64,000 nt of DNA from Nostoc sp. Lineage in GTDB: Bacteria; Cyanobacteriota; Cyanobacteriia; Cyanobacteriales; Nostocaceae. The translations under genes and the position numbers were made by a program. Shown piece after piece: positions 20,317-30,103 of this stretch. The notes under the pieces are model-generated. The model was not told where the DNA came from, did not search any database, and was given only the letters and a program-made list of their open reading frames with translations. Numbering within the stretch: position 1 is the stretch's first letter; each line of letters begins with the position of its first letter. The DNA lies in contig NZ_JBALBZ010000027.1 of assembly GCF_036919495.1 (NCBI RefSeq), positions 7,779 through 71,778 on the forward strand. The letters run 5' to 3'.

Positions 20317-22203
20317 ATCTGTGGTCGGTAAGATCGGTAAATAGTGGAAAAGTGCTTTGCGCGTAACGGCTAAATTGCAGGTTAATGCAATTTGCTCTTT
20401 TTCTAGTAAACCCAAAATGCGATCGGGTTTATCTCGTGCTACTACTGGTAATTGATGCAAACCTCTAAGATTCATGCGGTCTAAAGCTTCAGATAATAGT
20501 TCATCTTGCCATGCATAAAGGATTTCAGTAGTACAAATGTCTATGAGAGTTTGACTGGATAAATTATCTGGAATTTCAGTTGGTGAATTTGAGTAAGTTT
20601 GCCAAAGAGCAAGGGCACGGTTAATATCTTCCAGAGAGAGTATACCAATTAATTGCTCTGCTTCATCAATTACTAAAGCACTGCGGACGCGATCGCGGAT
20701 CATTTCTACAGCTGCATCTAATACTCCAAGAGTTGCAGGTAACTTTTTTGGACAGGGATACATAGCATCTTCTACCAAAATTTGCTGCACAATTTCCGCT
20801 TGTTCATCTTTCAATTCAGAAAGACCAATTTGTTGTAAGTTAGAGTTAGAGTTAAAAGTTGGTTTAATCCTTTCCACTAGCCAAACACTCAAACCCACAG
20901 CTGCCATCAACGGTAAAACAATGCGATAGTCGCGGGTTAATTCAAACAGCATTAAAATAGACGTTAACGGCGCTCTAACACTACCAGCTAGGACTGCTGC
21001 CATTCCTACCATTGCGTAAGCTGGGGGAGCCGCCATTTGATCGCAAAGAGCCGGGAATGCTACAGCCAAAATTTTGGCGTAAGCCGATCCAAAAGAAGCA
21101 CCTAAAAACATTGCTGGTGCAAACAAACCGCCGATGAAACCACTACCTGCACTAATTGCAGTCATCACTAACTTCACCACCAACAGCACCACCAACAGGT
21201 AGAGTGGAAACTCCACATCCTGAAGCATTGCTTCTACAGTTTCATAACCTACGCCCAGAATTTGCGGAAAGTGCAAAGCAACTGCGCCAATAATTACACC
21301 GCCAATAATTGGATGAATCGGCTCAGGAATTTGTCCCAAAAAGGCAAAACCTGGAACTTTGCCAGCAAAGCAGGCTTTTGCTAAACGAATTGATTGAGTA
21401 TAAGTGACAGAAATTAGGCTGGCCCCTAAACCCAAGCCAAGGTATAGGGGTAATTCTAAGGGACTGCGGACTTGGTAGACAGGTAAATCAAAAGCAGGTT
21501 GTGCCCCCAAACCAATTTGGGCAATTAATGCTGCTACCACCGCCGCTAACAGCACCACACTCACCGCAGAAGTAGCGAAAGATGTCGCCCCCATCACCAC
21601 CTCTAGGGCAAAAAATACTCCAGCGATGGGAGCATTAAATCCAGCCGCAAGTCCAGCCGCCGCGCCAGCACCTAAAAGCAAACGTTGGCGTTCTTGAGAT
21701 ACATTTAGGATCACAGACAACAACATCCCAAAATTTGCACCAATTTCTACACTCGGCCCCTCTGGGCCCAAAGAAGCACCGCTCCCCAAAGAAACAGATG
21801 CAGCCAGCATCTTCGTAACTGGTCGTAGTGGTTGCTTAATCTCTGTTCCCTGAGAAGCGGCGATAAGAGATGAAAGTCCAGGGCCAAAATCTTGAGTGCG
21901 CCAGCGCATCAAGCCAACGATTAATCCGCCAAGGGTGGGAACGCAGGCTAAAGTCCAAGCACCCCAGACGCCGATTTGACCCATTAAATTTTCCAGCATC
22001 AACTGGTGAATTAGCTGGATTAAATAGTGAAAGGTGACTATACCCATACCCGTACCACCGCCAATGAGCATGGCTAAAAACAGGACAACGGTTTCTGGGG
22101 ATGGTTGAAAACGATTTATTAGGTAGGCTAAACGAGTCGAAGGTGTAGGAAAGGCAGGTTGTTCCGTTACCTTCCTCAGTTGAGTGGGAGGCAAGAGAGT
22201 CAT
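20299..22203 (-). CDS. ClC-type chloride channel with C-terminal CBS pair
   Basis: GSGASLGPEGPSVEIG and GFNAPIAGVFFALE selectivity motifs. 634 aa. Confidence 0.9.
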   Translation of the reverse strand: MTLLPPTQLRKVTEQPAFPTPSTRLAYLINRFQPSPETVVLFLAMLIGGGTGMGIVTFHYLIQLIHQLMLENLMGQIGVWGAWTLACVPTLGGLIVGLMRWRTQDFGPGLSSLIAASQGTEIKQPLRPVTKMLAASVSLGSGASLGPEGPSVEIGANFGMLLSVILNVSQERQRLLLGAGAAAGLAAGFNAPIAGVFFALEVVMGATSFATSAVSVVLLAAVVAALIAQIGLGAQPAFDLPVYQVRSPLELPLYLGLGLGASLISVTYTQSIRLAKACFAGKVPGFAFLGQIPEPIHPIIGGVIIGAVALHFPQILGVGYETVEAMLQDVEFPLYLLVVLLVVKLVMTAISAGSGFIGGLFAPAMFLGASFGSAYAKILAVAFPALCDQMAAPPAYAMVGMAAVLAGSVRAPLTSILMLFELTRDYRIVLPLMAAVGLSVWLVERIKPTFNSNSNLQQIGLSELKDEQAEIVQQILVEDAMYPCPKKLPATLGVLDAAVEMIRDRVRSALVIDEAEQLIGILSLEDINRALALWQTYSNSPTEIPDNLSSQTLIDICTTEILYAWQDELLSEALDRMNLRGLHQLPVVARDKPDRILGLLEKEQIALTCNLAVTRKALFHYLPILPTTDIVISH

Positions 22204-22796
22204 TGAGAGGCGGGGTAAATGTAAGAAAAAATTTAAATTTTTATCTGTTACTTATCATTGTGAGCCATTATTTAGCAACCAGACAAGTAGACTTTATTTG
22301 CTTGATTTACAAAGATTTAGTAAAAAATGTGATTGTGCAAATTTTTATGGGGAAAATGGTTACATGGGAGACAATTATTTAAGGGTCAGCGATGCCTAGT
22401 TTGGATGTAGCTACGGCTAGTGGGGTGGGAGTGAGCGCCAACGCTATTCTTTTTAAAGACAACAAGTTTTTGTGGACTGGGTGGACGCACCCACAAATAT
22501 TAACTAGTAGTGCATTAAAGAAACTTTGCACGGGTTTTATGGTAAGAAAATCAAGTTATTTTCTTCTCCTGCTTCCCTTCACCCGTCATTTTTGCATTGG
22601 TCGAGTACTAGAAGTCATCCTTGCCTAAATCTAGCTATACTCGTGTTGCGACCATTGAGCCATCCTTGGTAGTAATACAATATATATGTGATTTATGGCT
22701 GATGTCAGACCATACTTGGAAGTCTGCTAAGTATTGATCGGAATTCAGTATAGCTATTGTTATAGAGCGAGTAAATGGACTAGGCGGACGAGGTAA

Positions 22797-23183
22797 ATGA
22801 ATATACACACCTTTGATAATCATTATGTTACTTGCCCAATTTGCCAAAGAAATAATACGCCCAAACTAGTTAAAACGCGCATGGGCTTGTTTTGCTGTCC
22901 CAATTGCCAGGAACGGCTAGTAGTTTGCCAAAGCGGTCATTATGTGCGCGATCCGTTTACTTGGAGACAATTGATGGTTGCTTCGTCGCTACGTCGTCAA
23001 AGCCGACCTTTAGCTAGGATTATTAGAGATTTTGTCTTGCTGAAACGTCCTATGGTAGCCTTGGCTGTAGGGAGTGCGATTTTCTTTAGTGCGATCGCTT
23101 TAACTCAAGAAAGGACAAACTACGATCACCAAGGATTACCCACAACAGAGAAAGTTAATAAACTAGGAAACAACTCTCAGTAA
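22797..23183 (+). CDS. hypothetical zinc-ribbon membrane protein
   Basis: CPICQ...CCPNCQ cysteine pairs and one hydrophobic helix (MVALAVGSAIFFSAIAL). A terminator follows. Confidence 0.5.
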   Translation: MNIHTFDNHYVTCPICQRNNTPKLVKTRMGLFCCPNCQERLVVCQSGHYVRDPFTWRQLMVASSLRRQSRPLARIIRDFVLLKRPMVALAVGSAIFFSAIALTQERTNYDHQGLPTTEKVNKLGNNSQ

Positions 23184-23252
23184 ATGGATTACTTTGGTAT
23201 AAATCAAATCTTAACTTTGATTTTTGTAATATTATAACTAAATACTTCTATG

Positions 23253-23289
23253 AAACCGTGTCTTATTGCCCCAAATAGGACACGGTTTT
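23253..23289 (+). terminator. intrinsic terminator-like hairpin
   Basis: aaaccgtgtc / gacacggttt stem followed by a short T run. Confidence 0.5.
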
Positions 23290-23411
23290 ACATTATGTTC
23301 GCTGAAATACACATCATGGTGCAACAGTAAAGTTATTCGGTAGATGTTCACTTCGTAGTACTCCTTAATTCACTGTTTCTGAATAACTTCCTTAGAAGAT
23401 TCGTTCATCAG

Positions 23412-23761
23412 ATGGTAGATTCCTCTAGCCTTTATTCGCTCTCATACATCACATCAGCTTACAGAGTTATTACGGCAAAAGTTATGAAGGATTTTCGGCT
23501 TCAAGCTTCTCCTGGAGCAACTCCGAAGATTCAACCGATCGATCAACCTGCTCATAGCCCTCAACTTCATCCTATTGAGCGATTATGGCAGTTTATTAAA
23601 TGCCAGTTCAAAGGCGAAAGCTTCTCTAGTTTACAAGAACTACGCTAACGGATTGAACACGAGTTAGCTCAAATGTTTTCTCTCGTAATCTCGTCTTTGA
23701 CAAGTTATGATTTTATTCTCGAAGCTCTCTTTCATGAAGCTTTATTCTATGCATCTTCATA
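23412..23761 (+). pseudogene. IS630-family transposase, C-terminal remnant
   Basis: ...HSPQLHPIERLWQFIKCQFKGESFSSLQELR*RIEHELAQM...SLTSYDFILEAL. Only the last about 110 codons remain, with an in-frame TAA at 23646-23648. No inverted repeats seen. Confidence 0.7.
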
Positions 23762-24022
23762 GACAATTGGTATAAAAATATATATTGATATTAATAAATA
23801 ATATCTCATTTTTAGACATTATCTTCTGGGTATTATAATATTGAGATAAATGAATGGTTCTCTCAAAAATATCTAGATCCAGTTATTTAGTGAGTATCAA
23901 CACACTGACGGCTAATAGAGATAAACTAGATAAAATAGAAATTAGAAATTTGTAAGCATAACATAATAACAATTCACGAAATTAATTAAACGCTTTTTGA
24001 TAGTCAACTTGAAGCAGAATAC

Positions 24023-24952
24023 ATGGATGCGGATAATTGGACATATCAACTACAAAAGGTACTACCCATGAGTTCTCGCGCACTGTTGTTAGTCAATCGT
24101 CATGCCCGCCAAGGAGAAAAGGGTATATCAGAAGCGATTGAATATCTGAAAACACTCGGCTTTGATTTAATTGAGGAGTCTACAGAAGACCCCAAACATC
24201 TTGCTGAAGTTATACTTCGCTATCAGCATCAAGTTGACTTAGTAATCATTGGTGGAGGAGATGGAACTCTCAATGCGGCAGTAGATGGTTTAGTTAAAAC
24301 TCAGTTGCCCTTGGGAATTTTGCCTTTAGGAACTGCCAATGATCTGGCTAGAACTTTGGGAATCCCAAATTCCCTCAGCGAAGCTTGCAAAATTATTTCA
24401 TATAGAAATTCACACCGCATCGACTTGGGCTGGGTAAACGGCAAGCACTTTTTTAACGTTGCCAGTCTGGGATTGAGTGTAAAAATTACTCAGCGACTTA
24501 CCAAAGAAGTCAAACGCCGTTGGGGAATATTTGCTTATGCTGCTACTGCATTGCAAGTGATTTTGGAAGCTAGACCTTTTACTGCGGAGATTTTAATCAA
24601 TGGTGAATCACTTCGCGCGAAAACAGTGCAAATTGCTGTGGGTAACGGCCGCTATTACGGCGGCGGTATGGCAGTGGCTGACGATGCGACAATAGATGAC
24701 CAAAGGCTAGACCTCTATAGCTTGGAGATTAAAAATTGGTGGGAGATTATACTATTACTCCCAGCGATGCAACAAGGGCGACATATACATTGGAAGAGTG
24801 TACGCTCTCTTCAAGGTCAAGAAATAGAGGTACATACTCGCAAACCTCGCCCTATTAATACTGATGGTGAAATTACTACCTATACACCTGCTCATTTCCG
24901 AGTTATACCTAAAGCTATAGCTGTTTTAGTACCCCCAGAAATTAAGAGTTAG
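24023..24952 (+). CDS. YegS/diacylglycerol-kinase-family lipid kinase
   Basis: GGDGTLN motif and LGILPLGTANDLAR. 309 aa; an alternative start lies at 24068. Confidence 0.85.
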   Translation: MDADNWTYQLQKVLPMSSRALLLVNRHARQGEKGISEAIEYLKTLGFDLIEESTEDPKHLAEVILRYQHQVDLVIIGGGDGTLNAAVDGLVKTQLPLGILPLGTANDLARTLGIPNSLSEACKIISYRNSHRIDLGWVNGKHFFNVASLGLSVKITQRLTKEVKRRWGIFAYAATALQVILEARPFTAEILINGESLRAKTVQIAVGNGRYYGGGMAVADDATIDDQRLDLYSLEIKNWWEIILLLPAMQQGRHIHWKSVRSLQGQEIEVHTRKPRPINTDGEITTYTPAHFRVIPKAIAVLVPPEIKS

Positions 24953-24994
24953 GAGTTATTATCTTTCATCTCCCTCTACTAAAAATGTGGGAAC

Positions 24995-25609
24995 TTGCAC
25001 CAAATGCATCTGAGATTTTCTCAAGATATAAAGTCCTTGTTGCAACGCCTAGCTGAACAACCGCTAACTCTAGGTGATATTTTGGCAGAAACCTCAGAAC
25101 GGGGGTTCTGCCTGGTAATTACATTATTAATTTTGCCTTTTTTATTTCCTATGCCACCGGGATTAACCGGTCCTTTTGGTGGTGCTTGTTTACTGTTGTC
25201 AGTGCAAATGCTTTTAGGGAGGCGTGAGCCTTGGCTGCCGAAAAGAATTGCTAACTACAAATTTCCTCGTCCCTTTGCCCAGTTACTTTTGCAAAATTTG
25301 GGACGTCTTACCAAAGTGTTACAGAAAATCGCCCGTCCTCGATTGGCAAAAATAGCTTATAATCCTTTGATTTGGCGAATTAATGGGCTTTGTATCTCTT
25401 TGTTAACAGTATTACTAATATTACCAATTCCCTTTACAAATCCCATCCCCACTGTAGGTATTTTACTTTTGACTGTTGCCACCATCGAATCTGACGGGTT
25501 ATTAATTTGCATCAGCTACGGTATTACTATCCTAATTACTTTGCTTTTTGGATTTCTTGGTTATGCAGTATGGTTAGCTCCCAGTTTACTGCCATCTATA
25601 TTTAAATAA
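24995..25609 (+). CDS. exoD: exopolysaccharide synthesis protein ExoD
   Basis: SERGFCLVITLLILPFLFPMPPGLTGPFGGACLLLSVQMLLGRREPWLPKRI matches the ExoD family pattern. An ATG at 25004 is the likely start. Confidence 0.75.
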   Translation: MHQMHLRFSQDIKSLLQRLAEQPLTLGDILAETSERGFCLVITLLILPFLFPMPPGLTGPFGGACLLLSVQMLLGRREPWLPKRIANYKFPRPFAQLLLQNLGRLTKVLQKIARPRLAKIAYNPLIWRINGLCISLLTVLLILPIPFTNPIPTVGILLLTVATIESDGLLICISYGITILITLLFGFLGYAVWLAPSLLPSIFK

Positions 25610-25662
25610 TAAAAGCCCCCAGCTTTAGGCTGAAGGCTGTAATTTATTAGGGTGCATCTACC
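25608..25662 (-). ncRNA. NsiR1-like small RNA, copy 1 of a tandem array
   Basis: On the minus strand: CCCGGA box (plus-strand 25693-25698), TAAATA -10-like hexamer, GTAGATGCACC..., 10-bp stem AGCCUUCAGC/GCUGGGGGCU with a 5-nt loop, then UUUUAUU. Confidence 0.5.
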
Positions 25663-25737
25663 ATTTATTTATCCAGTTTATTCATTGTCATATCCGGGGG
25701 AATTAAACCTTTATTCTTAAATTAAAAAATATCAGCA

Positions 25738-25792
25738 ATAAAAAAGCCTTCAACTAAAAGCTGAGGGCTATGATTTAATTAAGGTGCATCTA
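25738..25792 (-). ncRNA. NsiR1-like small RNA, copy 2
   Basis: Same layout as copy 1. TCCCGGA box (plus-strand 25825-25830), identical GGATAAATAAATGGTAGATGCACC, terminator AGCCCUCAGC-UUUUA-GUUGAAGGCU + U6. Confidence 0.5.
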
Positions 25793-25887
25793 CCATTTAT
25801 TTATCCGCTTTATTGATTGTCATATCCGGGAAAATTTAACTTTGCAAAAAAAAATATTTAATTTAAAATCAACAAATATCAAGAATA

Positions 25888-25941
25888 AAAAAAGCCCCCA
25901 ACTAAAAGCTGAGGGCTGTGATTTAATTAAGGTGCATCTAC
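25888..25941 (-). ncRNA. NsiR1-like small RNA, copy 3 (promoter box degenerate)
   Basis: Body and terminator are conserved (AGCCCUCAGC-UUUUA-GUUGGGGGCU + U7), but the CCGGA box is replaced by cctgatgcagc. Confidence 0.35.
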
Positions 25942-26230
25942 TATTTATATATCCGCCTTAGCTATTGCTGCATCAGGAAGAATTGAAAAAAAATGGATAG
26001 CTGTAGAATTGATTTCGTTAGTTACAAAAGTAGTACTGATATCATCGAGGATAACCTACAGTATTTAACTAGGTAATCATTGACCAACTTCATAGCAATT
26101 TTACAATTACCCAAAATTTCCCTTAGATACGCAAAGTTTCTGTTAATATCTCTGACCCTATATCCGCAATAGTACGAATTTAGTTTATTAGTTGGGTATA
26201 TAGCTATGAAAGTTAAACATACCCAACTTG

Positions 26231-26785
26231 ATGAAGCGATCGCAGTTTCTATTAGCCCTTGCTAGTTTTAGTATTGTCGGGGGAAGCTTTTTTCTGAGAA
26301 CAACTTTTAGCAGTACTAGGGAACCTAAAATAATAACTGATACATCACGCTACCAAGAAATTCGTAATCAACTATGGTCTGATAATGACCAAGTAAAACA
26401 TTTTCCTAATGAGATTCCCACTGATGCCAAAAATGTTCGCATTGCTTACTCTCCCGAATCGCAAGGAAGTAGTTTTTTTCAAATTAGGCTGAAACAGCCG
26501 CCAAACAAGATAGAAAAACTACTTTCACAATACAGAAGTAGTGCAAAGCACAAATATAGGGGTGGTAGCACAAATGACCACATAAATCAACCTAATGGTG
26601 TGCCGACAACTTTTTTCTACACCAGTGACTCTCATACAGAATCTTTTCCACCTAATTATGAAATATTAGTATTAAATACAGAGGATAAAGGTAGACCTGG
26701 CTTCAAGTGGAATCATGGAAATAGCTACGGCGTCGCTATCAATACTTCCGCCTCAGAAATTATTTATTGGTCTGAAAAATGGTGA
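26231..26785 (+). CDS. hypothetical secreted protein
   Basis: 184 aa from ATG 26231 with an N-terminal hydrophobic segment. No recognisable family. Confidence 0.5.
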   Translation: MKRSQFLLALASFSIVGGSFFLRTTFSSTREPKIITDTSRYQEIRNQLWSDNDQVKHFPNEIPTDAKNVRIAYSPESQGSSFFQIRLKQPPNKIEKLLSQYRSSAKHKYRGGSTNDHINQPNGVPTTFFYTSDSHTESFPPNYEILVLNTEDKGRPGFKWNHGNSYGVAINTSASEIIYWSEKW

Positions 26786-26815
26786 TTAAAAATTTCATTT
26801 TGTATTGGAATTGCC

Positions 26816-26917
26816 ATGAAAAAAATCGTTATTTTGGTCACGGCTCTCTCTTTAGTACTAAATACTACTTTTCACCTTTTGGGTATATCACTTTGGGTAG
26901 TTAAAACTTATAGCTAG
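26816..26917 (+). CDS. possible 33-aa hydrophobic peptide
   Basis: MKKIVILVTALSLVLNTTFHLLGISLWVVKTYS. Too short for the ORF track; supported only by its ORF and hydrophobicity. Confidence 0.2.
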   Translation: MKKIVILVTALSLVLNTTFHLLGISLWVVKTYS

Positions 26918-26964
26918 CATAGCTAAAATTTTAATGCTGGTTAAAAACTATCTTAATATGTAGA

Positions 26965-27741
26965 ATGCCAACTGCTTTAATTACTGGTGCTTCTAGTGGT
27001 ATTGGTAAAGCTTTTGCCCAAGAACTAGCTGCACGCAAGACCAATCTTGTACTCGTTGCTCGTTCCGAAGAGAAACTAACCCAATTAGCTAAACAACTAG
27101 AAGAACAACACGAAATTCAAGTAGAGGTTATAGTTAAAGACCTCACAGAACCTAATGCTGCTGCTGTTGTATTTGATGCCACTAAAGAAAAGGGATTAAC
27201 CATTGACTTATTAATCAACAATGCTGGTTTTGGTTACTATGGCGACTTTGCTGAAGGGGATGGAGAAAGACAAGTTAAAATTGTACAATTAAACATTTTG
27301 GCATTGGTAGATTTAACCCATAAATTTCTCCCTTTGATGCGGCAACGTCGTTCTGGAAGTATTATTAACGTATCCTCTATTACCGCATTTCAACCGATAC
27401 CATACCTTTCTGTTTATGCTGCCAGTAAAGCTTTTATTCTTAGCTTTAGTGAAGCAATATGGGCAGAAAATCGTCAATATGGTGTCCGTATTTTGGTCAC
27501 TTGTCCAGGACCAATAGAAACAAACTTTTTTGCAGAAGCTCATTTTCCTCCAGCACTGGCAAGTACTACAGATAAAGTGTATTCTTGCCAAAAAGTTGTT
27601 TGGGAATCTTTAGACGCTTTGGAAAAAGGCTATCCAACTGTTATTAGCTCTGATACTATTACTCAAATGAGAAGTAAGTTATCTCGACTTGTACCGCGCA
27701 AACTTCTGTTGAATATGTTAGCAAAACACTTTAAAGCCTAA
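26965..27741 (+). CDS. short-chain dehydrogenase/reductase (SDR)
   Basis: TGASSGIG cofactor motif, NNAG, catalytic YAASK. Confidence 0.9.
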   Translation: MPTALITGASSGIGKAFAQELAARKTNLVLVARSEEKLTQLAKQLEEQHEIQVEVIVKDLTEPNAAAVVFDATKEKGLTIDLLINNAGFGYYGDFAEGDGERQVKIVQLNILALVDLTHKFLPLMRQRRSGSIINVSSITAFQPIPYLSVYAASKAFILSFSEAIWAENRQYGVRILVTCPGPIETNFFAEAHFPPALASTTDKVYSCQKVVWESLDALEKGYPTVISSDTITQMRSKLSRLVPRKLLLNMLAKHFKA

Positions 27742-27802
27742 GTATATATTTAAGAGTTAGGAGTTGATGGTTTGGAGCTAAAGAATGCGGGGAATTTAAA
27801 AA

Positions 27803-27865
27803 TCCTAACTTTTCACTCCTTACTCTTCACTTCTAACTCCTAACTCCTAACTTTTCACTCCTCGC
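27803..27865. repeat. TAACTCC/TCACTCC heptamer array
   Basis: cctaacttttcactccttactcttcacttctaactcctaactcctaacttttcactcctc. Related arrays at 16801-16850, 17865-17915 and 27751-27775. Confidence 0.85.
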
Positions 27866-27868
27866 TTA

Positions 27869-28648
27869 TTACATATATCTTGTTAGTTGAACTCGGTAAC
27901 GGTCTTTTTTTGTAACAGCGATTTCCCCAACTTCTAAACGTCCTTTAGAGCGAATGGCGATTAAGTCGCCTGATTTGACTTGAGAACTAGCTTGAGTAAC
28001 TTCCTTCCAATTGACGCGCACATCACCAGCATCAATGAAATCAACCATTTTGCTGCGAGACATGCCAAAACCAGCAGATGCGATCGCATCTAATCGCAAA
28101 GAAGCCTCTACAGTAGTTAATTCTTTTTTCTTTGGTTCCCTAACCCTTAATTCACTTACCTCAATTAGCTGAGTTTTCACAGGAACCGATCGCACCTGTT
28201 TAAGACTCATTTCCAAAAATTCCACCAACTCTGGGGCGACAATCGCCTGCGCTCCCCGTTCTCCCAAGACAATAATATCTCCCGTCTTTTCGCGAACAAT
28301 TCCCGTCCCCAACATTGCGCCTAAGAAGTCGCGGTGAGAGGCGGTGTCAAACAGGAAATTACCAGCAATTTCCACAGCTACAAGGCTAACTTGAGATTGA
28401 TCTAAGGGAATTTCTGAACGAGCGATCGCTATTCTTTGGCGTTCAGCTTGCGGATATCCACCCCACGCAACTAATTGCACTTCTGTTAATCGGTTAAACA
28501 CCCGTTGAATTTCTGCCAATTCTGGCGGAGACAGAAAATCTGTCAAAACCACTTCCCAAGTTTTGATGGCTTGCTCTGCTTGATCGATTACACGAGCTAC
28601 ACTATCTCGATTTTCAACACCTTTTAAAAGTTCTTCTCGTGGCAACAT
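27869..28648 (-). CDS. photosystem II S4-domain protein (YlmH-like RNA-binding protein)
   Basis: 259 aa with a C-terminal S4 domain (LRLDAIASAGFGMSRSKMVDFIDAGDVRVNW). Confidence 0.75.
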   Translation of the reverse strand: MLPREELLKGVENRDSVARVIDQAEQAIKTWEVVLTDFLSPPELAEIQRVFNRLTEVQLVAWGGYPQAERQRIAIARSEIPLDQSQVSLVAVEIAGNFLFDTASHRDFLGAMLGTGIVREKTGDIIVLGERGAQAIVAPELVEFLEMSLKQVRSVPVKTQLIEVSELRVREPKKKELTTVEASLRLDAIASAGFGMSRSKMVDFIDAGDVRVNWKEVTQASSQVKSGDLIAIRSKGRLEVGEIAVTKKDRYRVQLTRYM

Positions 28649-28785
28649 TCTTAAAAATTATAAGTTATGAATTGAGAATTAATCTGCTATAACTATTTTA
28701 ATTCTAGCTTTAATTCTCATTTCAGCCATTAGTAACAAGTTAAGGCTGTAAGGCATCAGAAGCACTAGCACTATAGACGACTTAT

Positions 28786-29054
28786 ATCAAATCTGGTGCT
28801 ATCACTTTTCGCAAGTCTATCACCAAAGGGAAACATAAAATCCGGATTGTGGATATCCCGCCAGCACTAGCAGCAATACTTGATGAATACCAACCTAAAC
28901 CCGAGGCAATGTTTCCTGGGATACGCGGTGTGACTGAGCATCTGACTCGATTCATGGCAGACATATTTTACCTGATGCCTGCAAGCGCATTGGCGTAGAA
29001 AGAGCCAGCACTCATTCGTTTAGGCGAACTGCCCTCACGCAGGTTCTGAGGTAA
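28786..29054 (+). pseudogene. tyrosine recombinase/phage integrase, C-terminal remnant, frameshifted
   Basis: Two frames: ...KHKIRIVDIPPALAAILDEYQP... (stop 28996-28998) and IGVERASTHSFRRTALTQVLR* (28989-29054; the HxxR box). The 5' part and the catalytic Tyr region are absent. Confidence 0.65.
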
Positions 29055-29307
29055 ACTACCGATTTTATACGATAAATGTTAGCCTATATAAAAGCTATTA
29101 CTGAATTTTTTAGACAATCTAATAGTTGTAGAAAATATCTTATGAGTAAAAAAACTGACGAGAATATCTCGGTTTCTAAAACTATAAATACGTTTATGTA
29201 TCTTAAAAAAGCAAGCCAGCTTCTGCTCAAGGAAGCAAAAGAAAATCCAGAAGGCCGTCCTTACGATATCCTTGTACATTATTCATTGGTTGAAAGAACA
29301 TCAATAG

Positions 29308-29447
29308 TTTAAGTAAGTAGGTGGGCGCTAAAAAACCCAACTATATTAAAAAATATAAATCCCTTAAAAGCCTATATTCAAAGCCTTCCTGGTGCTTTAC
29401 ATAAGTTTACGTAGTTTAGTTTAATTGTGCCTACCTACTTAGTTAAA
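29308..29447. repeat. 140-bp element bounded by 17-bp imperfect inverted repeats
   Basis: tttaagtaagtaggtgg (29308-29324) versus the complement of ctacctacttagttaaa (29431-29447). A MITE-like candidate. Confidence 0.45.
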
Positions 29448-29486
29448 AACAAATTTTAACCAGAAAAATATATAATATATTAAGAT

Positions 29487-30038
29487 ATGCAAAAAAAGAT
29501 TATATTATTTACTTCAACTTTACTGTTAATTTTCACTTTTCCAGTACATGCAAAATCTTGTTATGATACTGAAAAAGCACCTATACCAGCTTCGCTCAAG
29601 TTTAGAGAAGTAATAATAAAAGAACATAATATAAAGCTAAAAATACCTGATAATTATAGATTGTTAAAATGGAATAAAAGTAGATATAACGTTGTAGATC
29701 CTAGTGCTTTTGAATTTATTCAGTGCTTTTTACGTAATCCAGAACCAACGGAACTTGATCCTCGTGGCGTAGAGATTGAAGTTATAACAAGTTTAGAAGT
29801 TTTTTATGAACTTATTAAACAAAGTGATGGAAAAATATTTCAAGATAAGACAAGAAACTACAAAGCATTGATTTGGAAATCTCAACGTATGTATAACACA
29901 GGGTATATTGCAATTCAATCTCCAGATACTAGCAAATATATAATTTTTTCAGCTATCTTAGATGAAGATGATAAAACACCTTTAGAAGCGTTGATAACGC
30001 TTGTGACACATACATTAGAATTCTTACCGCAAAAGTAA
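29487..30038 (+). CDS. hypothetical secreted protein (AT-rich island)
   Basis: Signal peptide MQKKIILFTSTLLLIFTFPVHA. Very AT-rich codons. No recognisable family. Confidence 0.5.
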   Translation: MQKKIILFTSTLLLIFTFPVHAKSCYDTEKAPIPASLKFREVIIKEHNIKLKIPDNYRLLKWNKSRYNVVDPSAFEFIQCFLRNPEPTELDPRGVEIEVITSLEVFYELIKQSDGKIFQDKTRNYKALIWKSQRMYNTGYIAIQSPDTSKYIIFSAILDEDDKTPLEALITLVTHTLEFLPQK

Positions 30039-30103
30039 GTTTAACACGCAATTTTTGTGTTGGGGTTAAATCCCCATCACAAAACTTAATTACAAATTAT
30101 GAA

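Noticed and set aside
22184-22847. Three short ORFs (22184..22399, 22392..22628, 22635..22847) in the gap upstream of the ClC gene
   Set aside because: No motifs, odd composition and mutual overlap. I also looked for 6S, tmRNA, RNase P and SRP RNA signatures here and recognised none. Left unannotated.
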